DNA from: Tubulanus polymorphus
Taxonomy: Eukaryota > Animalia > Nemertea
Reading direction: 5' to 3'
Assembly: GCF_964204645.1 (NCBI RefSeq)
Contig: NC_134029.1
Span: 24,484,950 to 24,548,949 of the forward strand
DNA length: 64,000 nt
Part shown: positions 25,801 through 38,500 of the stretch, in pieces
How the letters are laid out: each line of letters begins with the position of its first letter
Numbering within the stretch: position 1 is the stretch's first letter
Notes under the pieces: generated by a model
The model's database searches: none
What the model was told of the DNA's origin: nothing
The model's input: the letters and a program-made list of their open reading frames with translations, nothing else
Translations under genes and position numbers: made by a program

Positions 25801-28800
25801 AGCAGTAGATCTGATCTTAATACTTCATCATCTAATTCTAAACGTAGTAATTCTATTTGTAAGTATCTCTCATTCCCCTCATCCTTCCCTCACCATCCCC
25901 TCAACCTCTCCTAACCATTCCCTCAACCAATCCACATCCTCTCCTCACTCCTCACCCTCCATTCAACCACTGCTTATATTGACTTTATTTGAATTGTTTT
26001 TAAATTCAGTGCAAGAGAAACCGATGAATAAAACATCAGCGAGTTTGAAGAGAGAGAAATCACAAAGTACATTGAGTATGAAATCAGATATATCACAGGT
26101 TAGTGACATTCTTACCTGATTCGATTGTAGATATTTATGGCTGTCCACTGATAGCCTGTCCACATACCCTGTTCACTGATACCCTGTTCACTGAAAGAGG
26201 GGGCCTCAATAATCAAAAGTTAAGTTATTTAGAAATGAAATTAAGCATAATTAAAAAGTTGAGAATTGTCCTTAGATCTTAGCGAAATTCATGGATTCAT
26301 ATAGCTGATTGACTGTTGAGGTAGGTAAGGTGTAAGGAGTCTAATACTGGACGGTGTTCAATGTTTAGTTTGTTGTGAGATTCATGAATATTTTGTTGCT
26401 ATAGGTTCTATTCGGGCCCAGACAGGCCCCCGGGCACACCTCTGGGCAGCGGCGTAGGCGCCGAGCTACTGTTTGCTGTAATTGTGAAATATTGGTTTGT
26501 GTTTAAAAATATTCAAACTATTTCTCGATATCTCTAATACTTGTATCATATAAAACTACCGGGTTTAAACTCAGTCTAACTTCTATAAACCACCGGGTTG
26601 CCCTCACTCAACTCAACCTCATTGAACCTCAATACTCTGTGTTTGTATCATTGAATAAACTTTATCGCTTCATAATGAAATAATGTGCTCTGCTAAAACG
26701 TGATAATTTGCTGCTCTATTTGTAGCTTATATTTGTATTCACTGAACTCTGCGTTCAATACTATTATCTACTAATATTAATTTATGATCATTATTATTTT
26801 TGTTCTGATGGATTCCAGATAACGGGTATCAGTAGCTGGACCCCTCCAACCTGTATCCCTCCTTCCCTCCATCTCACATATTAAATGCCGCATAAACCAT
26901 TCTTGCAATTTTTGATTGAAAATTATCCAGAGCAGGAAGGGGGATGGCTCCGAGCTGAGGAAGGGGGATGGCTCCTAGCTGAGGAAGGGGGGATGGTTCC
27001 TGGCTGAAGGGGGGATGGTTCCTGGCTGAAGGGGATCTCAGGCTGCAGTTTTGATACCTGCATTTACTATTATGTTGATAAACAATTGATTGAATTATTT
27101 TGTTGTTTGTTTGTAACAGCGAAACAGAAAGAAGATTACATCCTCCTCATCCTCGACTCTAAAACAGCAGCAGACTGATACAGCTGTGAGCAATTATATA
27201 TTAACCCTTTATAATCTCTCGACACAGCTGATCTTCATCATATCACACTGAATCGGATTGTGATCGCTCTGTGATCGCAATGGTTTATAAAGGGTTATTA
27301 TATTTCTGGTGTATAAAATCTGTAAATTTGGTTTGCTTTTGATTATTTGTAGTGTTGCTATTAGACTCTAGGTGTCACTACTGCGGTTAAAGAAAGCTTT
27401 CTAATCGATATTTAATATTTAATTAAGGGGCGGAGTTTCATCGTACAGGTGTCAATCATATTGTTACTATCCTGGCTGTGTAAATCAATAATTGATATAA
27501 CCAATATTAGTTAATTGTATATAATAGTAGAGATACCAGTATCACGTATTGATGTTAAACTGTTGGCATGAATATACGTAGTATCTTTGTTGTTAATGAA
27601 CCTACCTTACAGGGTGGGGCGGGGCGGGGTGGGGCGGGGCGGGGCGGGCTGGTCTCCCCAATTTCTGGCCCTACGCTCTTCCCTATATTTGTATTGTACA
27701 CACATGAGACAAACTCTCGAGTGGGTTCCTCTGAGGAGGTTCCTCTGAGTGGGTTCCTCTCAGCGGTTTCCTCTGAGTGGGTCCTTCTGAGAAGGTTCCA
27801 CTGAGAAAGTTCCTCTGAGAAGGTTCCTCTGAGTGGGTTCTTCTGAGAAGGTTCCTCTGAGAAGGTTCCTCTGATGTTCCTCTGAGTGGGTTCCTCTGAG
27901 AAGGTTCCTCTGAGTGGGTTCCTCTGAGTGGGTTCCTCTGAGTGGTTTCCTCTGAGTGGGTTCCTCTGAGAAGGTTCCTTTTAGCGGGTTCATGGAGTGG
28001 GTTCCCTCAATTATGATTTATGTTTGATGATTGATGTGATTAATCTATTTAGCCGATCTCTCACTGGGACTCGAATTAACACCACATCTTACAGTAATTA
28101 TCGCTGATTGGTATCTCCTCCTCTCTCGATATTATCAATGGCTGCTTGTTTCATCGTTATATCATAGATTCTAGGGGGCATTGAAACTATTGATTTAAAT
28201 CTAATTCGATCAATCTTAATTTAACTCGTGGCCTTTAATTGAATTAATCTCTAAATCAATTCTAATCTATTTAATTTATTATCTATACGGTTTATCTATG
28301 GGTTAATGCTATATACAGTACTATATATATATATATATATAATATGTATTCATGTATATTTTGCTTTTTAAATTGTTTATGAATCATGAAAAGTTTAGTA
28401 ATTATTTGTTTCGTTAATGTATGAAGCTCATTGTATTCAGTATATTGATGATTGTTTTGCGTATTTTGCTTGCGTTTCATTTTTTGGAATGATTACGCTC
28501 GATGCTCTCTCTCTCTCTCTCTCTCTCTTTTTCTCTTTCTCTCGAGATTCTGTAATTGAGAATTTATTTGATATTTTCAGTTATCCGTGAATTCTTCCTC
28601 GGCGTCCAGTCGACCAGTAACGCCCCGTAGTGGTGTCAAAACGAACCGCGTCAGGAGACAATCTCTTTCAGCTAGATCCAATCATTCAGGTCAGTTTCAA
28701 ATATAATCAACATTAGATATCTACACAGATACATGCACTTGCCGCAGGTCGCTTCAGGTCTCATGCAGCCAGTAAATGAAATATTCTCAACAAGTGAATT

Positions 28801-31800
28801 ACAGGGCACTCTGAGATACGAGAGAAATCCCACAATAATTCAGTCCGATGATGGCTAATAGTCTTTAGCGTGAAATACACTTTTATTCAAGAACTTTTCA
28901 TCTTTCAAATTATTGTAGGATTTCTCTCATAAATTTCAGTAACTTTGTCGCGTGATAATCGAGGGGGTGTTGGTTAATCAGCTTCGTACGAAGCGCGCTG
29001 TTGACTATAATCTCGATATTTTTAGTTCAAGTTTGAAATATCTCAATTTACATTATTTACGTTACGCAGTTTGCTACAATAAATTTTTATCCAGAAATAT
29101 CAAAATCAAAGCTATCAGATCAGCTGTGCGATTCTGAATTTAGCCGATGATGCAGGAGAGATGGATTGATGCTGATTAATCTAGTTTTTTTTGCTCGAGG
29201 CTCAGAGATGTTTTTAAACGGAATATGATTCATAGAAAAATGTGTGAAGGTTACGAGAGATTTACCTTCCCTCCTAAACTCACAGTTTCGTTTTTCACGA
29301 AATTAACAATCTCGTCAAATTAACAAACGCATCGATTGAAAAAACAAATACTTTAATTTACATTAAATTTACAACAAATCGAACAGTAACATATTTCCGT
29401 GGGGTTTTAATTATCGCTAGTCGACTCTGACGAATTTAAAAGTCTAACGAATATAAGGATTGTATATAGTTCTCACAGCTTGGTTCTCTATAGCCTATAC
29501 CATATGTTACTGGTAAATATCTGCTTCATTCTGGGAACTGCACTGGCACCGAGAGTATCCGCTGTCTCGATCGCCGTATAGTATGCCTAACGTTGGCTGT
29601 TTTGGACGCAGGAGGGGTAAAGCCCAAATTACACCCTTGGCTAATATCGATGAGACAGTTCTGGAATCAAAAAAATCTTTTAAACTTTTCAAGAATAAAT
29701 CATCAAAGGGTGAGTGTATGAGAATGTTTATTTCAGACTCAGAGAGCACATCGGTTTTACACATCGGTTTGTGGTGTACCTGGTGTAACAGTGATTACAG
29801 TGATTACCAGTACAATGATTACAGTGTTGTTGTTCGCTTGGGTTCTGATGGGAACAGCTATTTAGTTATTGAGTATTTGATCTATCTCTAGCCTAGTGCC
29901 AGTGGAGAGTGAATTTAACCTATATCAAATTTCTGAATTCATTAAAATCAATTTATTTATGAAGTTTGATGTTGATTTTCATGAGTGAATGAGGTTTATT
30001 TGATCTCAACAGCAGCTGTCGCTGTCGCTGTCACTGTCAGTCTGCTGACCCATTACTCTTATACTGAGCAAATACAGAGTTCAATATGAGCAAAAACATT
30101 TCATATTGATCTGAAAAGGCAGGTTTTAAACTCATTTTTTTCCAGTGGGTTAGTAAGAGGAACTGCTGTCATGAATCAATCATTGAAGTGATCAGTTTTG
30201 ATTTGTGTGAATCAGATATAGTTGAATGACTCATATTCCCTCTCACTCTCTAGTCTCTCCTCTCTCTAGTCTCTCCTCTCCCTAGTCTCTCCTCTCTCTA
30301 GTCTCTCCTCTCTCTAGTCTCTCCTCTCTCTAGTCTCTCCTCTCTCTAGTCTCTCATCTCTCTAGTCTCTCATCTCTCTAGTCTCTCCTCTCTCTAGTCT
30401 CTCCTCTCTCTAGTCTCTCCTCTCTCTAGTCTCTCCACTCTCTAGTCTCTCCTCTCTCTAGTCTCTCCTCTCTCTAGTCTCTCCTCTCTCTAGTCTCTCC
30501 ACTCTCTAGTCTCTCCTCTCTCTAGTCTCTCCTCTCTCTAGTCTCTCCTCTCTCTAGTCTCTCATCTCTCTAGTCTCTCATCTCTCTAGTCTCTCCTCTC
30601 TCTAGTCTCTCCTCTCTCTAGTCTCTCCACTCTCTAGTCTCTCTTCTCTCTAGTCTCTCATCTCTCTAGTCTCTCCTCTCTCTAGTCTCTCCTCTCTCTA
30701 GTCTCTCATCTCTCTAGTCTCTCCTCTCTCTAGTCTCTCCTCTCTCTAGTCTCTCCTCTCTCTAGTCTCTCCTCTCTAAAAAGTGTATATTTAGGCTAAA
30801 AAGTGTATTTCATTACATCTACTTCCTGTTTATAGTTTGACAGCCTTGACACTAGCCCTGACCTGTGACATTACAGATCCCCAATGGCTGGGATATAACC
30901 CTAACCCTAGGTCAGGTGACCAGTGACATCACAGATCCCCAATGGCTGGGATATAACCCTAACCCTAGGTCAGGCGACACCAGTGACATCACAGATCCCA
31001 ATGGCTGGGATCTAACCCTAACCCTAGGTCAGGTGACCAGTGACGTCACAGATCCCAATGGCTGGGATCTAACCCTAACCCTAGGTCAGGTGACCAGTGA
31101 CATCACAGATCCCAATGGCTGGGATCTAACCCTAACCCTAGGGTCAGGTGACCCTAGGTCAGGTGACCAGTGACATCACAGATCACAATGGCTGGGATCT
31201 AACCCTAACCCTAGGTCAGGTGACCGGTGACATGACAGCCAATCACAGAACCAGCTCTAGGTCAGGTGACCAGTGATTGGAAGTACAGCATCTGTCAATA
31301 GTGCTGCCATCTTTAGACTAATTGTAGTACTACTCACTACATTGATGTACACAATATTTACAAAATATTTGTAAATATTTGATAGTAAACAATATAAGTG
31401 ATACTACATGCTTATAGTATAAACACTGGGGAACATTCACATACAACTACGTAATTCATTCTATTATCATTAATAAACTTATAGTCATTTGAATAAATAA
31501 TGAATTTAATCCTAATAATGAAATGATTCGCTTGTTATTCTACAAATGACGACAAGTTGTTTTTACTTGAGATTTGCGGAGGATATTATTTTATCGTAGA
31601 GTTCAAACCGTGTGATGGACCTGTACAGTGTCGCCACTTTGCTGCTGCTGCTGCTGCTGCTACGTACCGATATTGCTGGTATCCGTTGCTATGGTTACTG
31701 GTTGTTCAGTATGATTAATGATGATGATGGAATTATTCATGTGAGGAATGAGTCTCACAGAGAGACAGACAGAATGTGGGGAGAGAGAGGGGTGGAACAG

Positions 31801-34800
31801 GGTGACTGAGAAAGCAGTTTGAGAGGAGAGAATGAGGAAAGAGAGAAGAGAAGGAATATGTTTTATGTTTATTCCCATTATGAAATGAATCTACTATAGT
31901 CCCTGTACATTTTACTTGAATCTGTAGATATCAGGGGTTCGGGGATAGGGGTAGGGGGAGGGTTTAATCCTGGTGGGATTATCTCATACACATGGATTAC
32001 AGATGTGGATCAGAAAGAAAGACATTGATTCTATGTAAAACATCTGCAGTAGTTACACATCTGGTTGAAATATTTCATCTTTAATGCGGAGATACCTGAT
32101 ACGGAGATGTGATATATTAGTTAATGTTAACTAATATTGATAACTGATTATATTAGTGTGTGTCTCACAGCAGTGTGTGTAATAGAGAGAGAATGAACGC
32201 AAGCTGCTCTAACAGCACACAGCACACAGCACACACACAGACACTACTCACTGCTAACTGACTGTACACGTTACAGCGTCACCACACTGTCTATATATAC
32301 AACACCACCAGTAACGGGTACTGTCGTCGTCGTCAGTGTCTGTCTGCCTCATCGGAGATTTAAATCACTGGATTAAAACGTAATCGTAGTAGTTTGGATT
32401 ATCGCAGTTTGGATTATGATAATTGAGGATTAGTTGAGGATGGTTCAGTTTGATCTCAGGTTGCGTTGAGGGAAGGCGTTGGTCCGATCTTATTGATTCA
32501 TTCTCTCACTGATTCTTTTCTCAGTCATCAATCAAATGAATTATATTAAAGAAAGTCTCGCGTCGTGCGATTGAGAAGGTTTTTTATTTTCTATTGCGTC
32601 ATTATTTTATCAGGGTTTACAATACACAGACATGTAGTGCGTATTGACACATAGAACAAATGTTATTTTAAATTTCCTCGTCGACAATTCTTTCTTCTCG
32701 TCGATGGAAAGAAGTTCATCTTTTCAAAAAAAGATTCTTAACCAGGAAAATAACTGAAATCAAACTGATTGTTTTTATCTTCATTTCACCATCGAAACGA
32801 GCGGAATGAAATTATTTATTAGAAAGATTTGATCCGATAAATGATTGGTCGTTTGGTAACCGTGGTTACAGATTTGAAGAGTTATATCATGATAGAATAT
32901 AAAAGAAAAACAGCTGTTTGGTTTATTGATTTATTGATTATTTACTGATATAGGTATCGGTATTGATAGAGATAGTAGTAGGTCTCTAAAATATTTTGAA
33001 CATTGTTAGAAATGTATTGAGATAGAACCGTATTGAGATAGAACCGTATTGAGATATTGAGTATCTCAATTAGTAATCAGTTTATTTGCACTAGAATTGA
33101 TACATTTTGTTACGATGATGCAATTCATTTAAAACAGATGAATTTTTTTATGAACTGATTTCAGAAATTTCTATACATTTTATCAGTGAATAGAAAGTAT
33201 TCAATGATTGTAATATTGAGAAATATTGTGACGAGACATGATTTATAAACTCCCTGTAGTTTTATATAATAATACAATAGACATTTAGTTGTAAGCTCTT
33301 CACAATAAACCAGATCCGTAAATAGAAAACTGTCTGAATACTTCATTCACGCCTTAAATTACAATTTAACAAAAACGTGCTTTTTGTCGCAAACACATCG
33401 TCATGTAATAATACAGAATGTACATACAGAATGTGAGTAACCAACGTTTTATACGTTTCATCAGGATCAACTAGTAAATACTGATCATACTCTGATTGTT
33501 GTGTGGAATATATAGTTTTTTCTGATTTTATGGTTCAGTTCACTGAACCGTTTAATCATAATCATCATTATAAAACAATCTATCGCTATGGTAATGCGCA
33601 GATATAACGGTGGTGTTTGTTGAGTTGATTTCGAGAAATGATGAACATCCAGGGATGTATTATAAACGGTTGCTATAACGACACGGACCCGGGTTAAATT
33701 ACCTCAGTGTTACGGATACTAGATACCGGTATCATGACCGGGTATCGCTGGATACCGGTATCACGACCGGGTATCGCTGGATTCCGGTATCAATCGGACA
33801 GACAGGCAGATGGTCAAAATGCTGCTGAGGAATTTGATGGAATTTAAAACTTGACAAGATAAGATTTGTTAAATATCCATGACAATGAAATTAAATACTC
33901 AACGCCCGGCAACCAGTGACACTAAACCGGGATCAAAAACTCCTAGAGTTAACGCTAGGAGTTCAGCAGCGACCGGAGGGCCGAGTACGCGTCCTCGCGG
34001 TGGAGCAGCGGGATCGAGTTCACGACCTCACAGTGCAGCAGCAGCAGCAGCGACCGGGACAGGGACTACTCCAGCTAGGACTCCAACTCGTAAAAAACAA
34101 TCAACAGATTCAAAACCTGAACCAGCCACATCGGTTTCACGCAGTTCCCCCGTTAAAAAACAAACAAAACCGGCGACAGCGCCACCTAGGAGTACGCTAC
34201 GTAATAACACGGCGACCTCTCCGTTAAAACAACGCGACTCAACAAACAATAATAAACCGGCATCTAAATTAACCCCGACTAAAACTAAATCGCCTCTTTC
34301 TAACGGTTCTCGTAGGTCTAGTGTAGATGTAGTTGGTAAGTAGTGATTGTACACTGAGGGTTGTTACGTTTCTATCGACGTTTCATCACGGTTTTGATTT
34401 GTTTGTATTTTATAGATTCAAAACCTCGACCGAATTCAGCGGGGGTCGGCGTATCACCTCGCGGTACTCCTAAAAAATCATCAGATACAACAACAACAGC
34501 CAACAAGAAGTCACAAGGGACTCCAGAGTCATCTAAACGTTCAGGTAACAGCACCCCTTACACTCATCCCCTCAGTCCTTCCCCCCTCACGTTGTTCAAC
34601 CCCCCTCATTAATTCTTCTCGTAACCTCGTAAAGACTATGTACATATAGTTTGAAATTGATGTGTCATATACTTAGACACTATTTATAGTTTGAAAAAAA
34701 TGGATGTTGATATTGAAGACAATTTCTGTGCGTCTCGAGACGCTTTGACCTTAAAGAAACGTTTGAGAAAAAAACCCTAATTCAATAATCAGATTATAAC

Positions 34801-35495
34801 ATTGTGTCAGCTCACTGATAACAATGAGGAATGTAGTAAGAATGTTGATTGGCTGAATTCTATGAGACAGTAGGGGGGTATGATATATCGATCGTCTCGC
34901 TCGCTCTGCAGTCAGTTTAAAGCGATGGATAAATTTCATGGGCATCAGTTTTTATTCGGAAAAATGATGAGATTTTCATTCAGATATTATAACATTTATA
35001 CAGGTACATGAAATATCTCAGCTCAGTTTACAAGTTATAGATTTTCATGAAACTAAAATCTTGCCGTGAAAATTATTGTATGAATTGTTGATATCTTTTG
35101 CAGATCAGAAAACTAAGAAATCAGGATCACAAGTCGGCGCCCATCAGCCCGATTTAGTGAGTAATTCGATCGGATCACGGGCCCACGCCGCCCAAGAGAT
35201 TAGTCGTTTAGAAGCCCTATGCGAGGCCCGCACGAAGGAACTTAATTTAACTAAGATGCAACTTAAAGACAACATACAAGGTTTCGATGCTATGGCGATT
35301 ATGGTGCAGTATCTTACTACTGAGGTTAGTTTTTATCTGTTAGCTGTGCTCGATTTTACTTTATGATAAACGTAAATAAAACAGTTATTTTTAACTCTGA
35401 ACATCACTTGTAAAACACACTCAGTGAGTGCTTACGATTATTGAAGAGCTGATATTTTTCTTGTTTGATGTAAATTGATATAAAGCACTTCTCTT

Positions 35496-35555
<60 letters not shown>

Positions 35556-38500
35556 CTCTCATGCTGAGTTACACCTGGGTGATTCACGTTTACTGAGTTA
35601 GAGTTTACTATGTTAGAGTACAGTTATAAAAATGTTAATCCAAACATTGAATATAATCAGCAGCCTACAGCACAGCTCTCACACTCACTTCCTCTTTAAT
35701 CTCTTTCTAATAATGGCTGATATTGAAAGACTTAAAACTAATGTCTGATCAAAAGGGTTTAATGCACAAGTCAAACAATTTCATTAACAACAAAAGTGAT
35801 TTCTTTCAATATAAAGTCTTTATTATATCCATTAGTCTTCATTTCAACTCTGAGGATATAACTCCTCCACCCTGTAGAAGGTCTCCCACCCTGTAGAAGG
35901 TCCCCCCATTATGTAGATGGTTGTACATATAACATATAAACTGATATAAAGATCTTGCTTTATGTTTTTTAGGTGGATGCATTTTCGGTGCCAAAATTGA
36001 CTGCTGATTTAAAACAAACTCAAACTACAGTAGCCGGGCTACAGTCTCAACTCGGTATGAAAACATACCTCGCAATTTACTATAATCTACTCTATTGAGT
36101 TGTGTTACTGTGGAACTGGATCCAGAACTGTAGAACTGAGTCCATAACTGTGGTACTGGATCTAGAACTGTGGAACTGGATCCAGAACTGTGGCCAAAAG
36201 TTGCATGTTATTCTTGAATGAAATATGACATTTCTCAATTTAGCTTCACGCCTATTGATTACTTATGATTGATTATTGATTACTTTTTCCTCTACAGAAA
36301 ATTTATCTACAGAAAAATGCGAGTTGGAAACTTCGATACAAGACTTGATTGAGAAACATAAAGAATCAACGGAAACAGTTCAAACTGAGCATTTAACACA
36401 ATTACAATGTCTCGAAGAGAGATTAGTGAAAAAACATTCTGAAGAATTAGAAAAAAGTAAGTTGTGAAAATTGTAACAAAACTGATTCTATGGCGGTGGT
36501 AGATTTAGACTGGATTAATCTGATTTGAAATATTGTATAACTCAGTTCAGTGTTAGGTATGAAATGGTTAGTTCTTCATTTTCGATTCTTTGAACAACTT
36601 CTGGAGTCAAATCTGGATCCATTTCAAGTAGAATTGGGTTCTAGTAAAGTGTTTATTGAAATAATTATGTAGAATTTTGCATGATATTTAATTGTTGTAT
36701 GAGTGATTTGTGTATTTTTCAGTTGTTGACCAACACTCTCATGAAGTAAACACTTTAAAGTCATATCATGAAAAGCATGTAAGTAAAACTATATATAAAT
36801 ATATATATATATCAAGTGTTTACCGCTCTGTTAGAATATATGAAATTAAAAACTGAAATTTTATAAAAGTCATAGTTTTTGAAAAAACCTCTCAATTCCC
36901 TTTAAAGTCTTGAAGAAAATGTTTAATTTGCTCTTGTAATAATCCGTATTAAGGTGTTATTCATGTTGACTCTGTCTCTGGACTCTTTCTGCTGTGACTT
37001 GGAGTCAGTTTAATATCATAGACTAAAATTCCGAATGAATCTACAAGCTCAAAATATCTCCACAATAACGTTGAGCTGTTTTTTGGATATGTTTAATTGC
37101 GATGAAAGAATTTGACTAAATTTGTCGCTGTTTTGATGTGTTTACAGTTAAAAACAGTCGAAAGTGAACAAGAGAATTACATGAAACATTTAGAACAGAG
37201 TCACAGTGAAAGATTATCAGTGCAGGGACAGAAACATGAACAACAACTTGATGGTATGTTAGTACTACTGTATTATAAACACTGGATACTGATTCAAACA
37301 ATAAACACCCCCCTCTCCGTCTCTCCCCCTCTCTCCCTCTCCCTCTCTCTCCCCTCTCTCTCCCCTCTCCCTCTCTCTCCCTCTATCTCCCCTCTCTCCC
37401 TCTCTCCCTCTCTCCCTCTCCCCTCCCTTCAAGGACAGCACTCTCATGAAACTCATTAGAAAACTAAGAATTTGGATAGAATAAATTCATTTGAACTGAT
37501 AATGGAATTAGTTATTTTGGAGACTCCAGGCTGTGTAACCGTCTAGAAATTGAAAGGTTTCTCTAAGGAAGACACACACCTCCGTATTGCTGTCTTCCCG
37601 CCCTGAGACTGATCGGTTTATGAGAGGGTGAGATTGTTGTGATCAGTATCCGGTGTTGATGTTTATTTTCTATACAGTTAAACGATATCAAACTGAAACA
37701 CGAAGAAGCCGCGATCGATTTAAAATCTCGTCAAGAAAACGAACTGAAAGAATTTGAGGAGCGCGATCAAAGACATATCAGTGGTATGATTAATCGACAC
37801 ATGGGGGCGCCGCTACACAACTCACAACATTGGAAACTTTTTAACCCTTTCAGTGCTGACTAATTTATACCCGAAAGGGCTGGAGATAATTTGAAAATTT
37901 TGAAAATTCCACCTCACAGTGCGTTAAATAACGGGCATACTGCTATATTGTATCTACTCCGCAGCATTAGTAACTACGTTGCAATATTTCACTATGTTTG
38001 ACAAGTGCTGCGAAGTACTGAAAGGGTTAAATATTGACTGAAAAACAGTGCACTATACAAAATTGGATCATTTGAAAGTTTTCCAGTGAACCAGTTTTTA
38101 TCGAGCACAAAACATGAATAAATGCGATATAAACTCGTCTGCTAACAGAACCAGTCCGTCTGACAACAAGGCACGATTCTTTCCGTTAAATTAGGTTTAT
38201 TTAAGCGACTGACACGATGTAAAAATCAATCAGTCAAAAGAAAGTCGATGCCAACACTTTAGAATGTTTGCTCGTATGTTATGGATATAAGTTGACAGTT
38301 GCAGGTTTTATTAACACACTTGTGATTGTCTGGGGAAGATATTGCATAAATTAGAAGGATATCGCTTTTCGCTGTAGGGTTTCACAGTGAAATATAGATC
38401 AGTGGAATTAGATCCTTGTAACAGAAGGAAATATCTATAAATTTCTCGTATAGAATAATGTTTTAAACTGTGTATTTATGGATAGTTTAGTTAAAACTCA

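Noticed and set aside
30895-31215. Telomere or interstitial telomeric array
   Set aside because: Only two TAACCC hexamers per ~58-bp unit, not a continuous tract.
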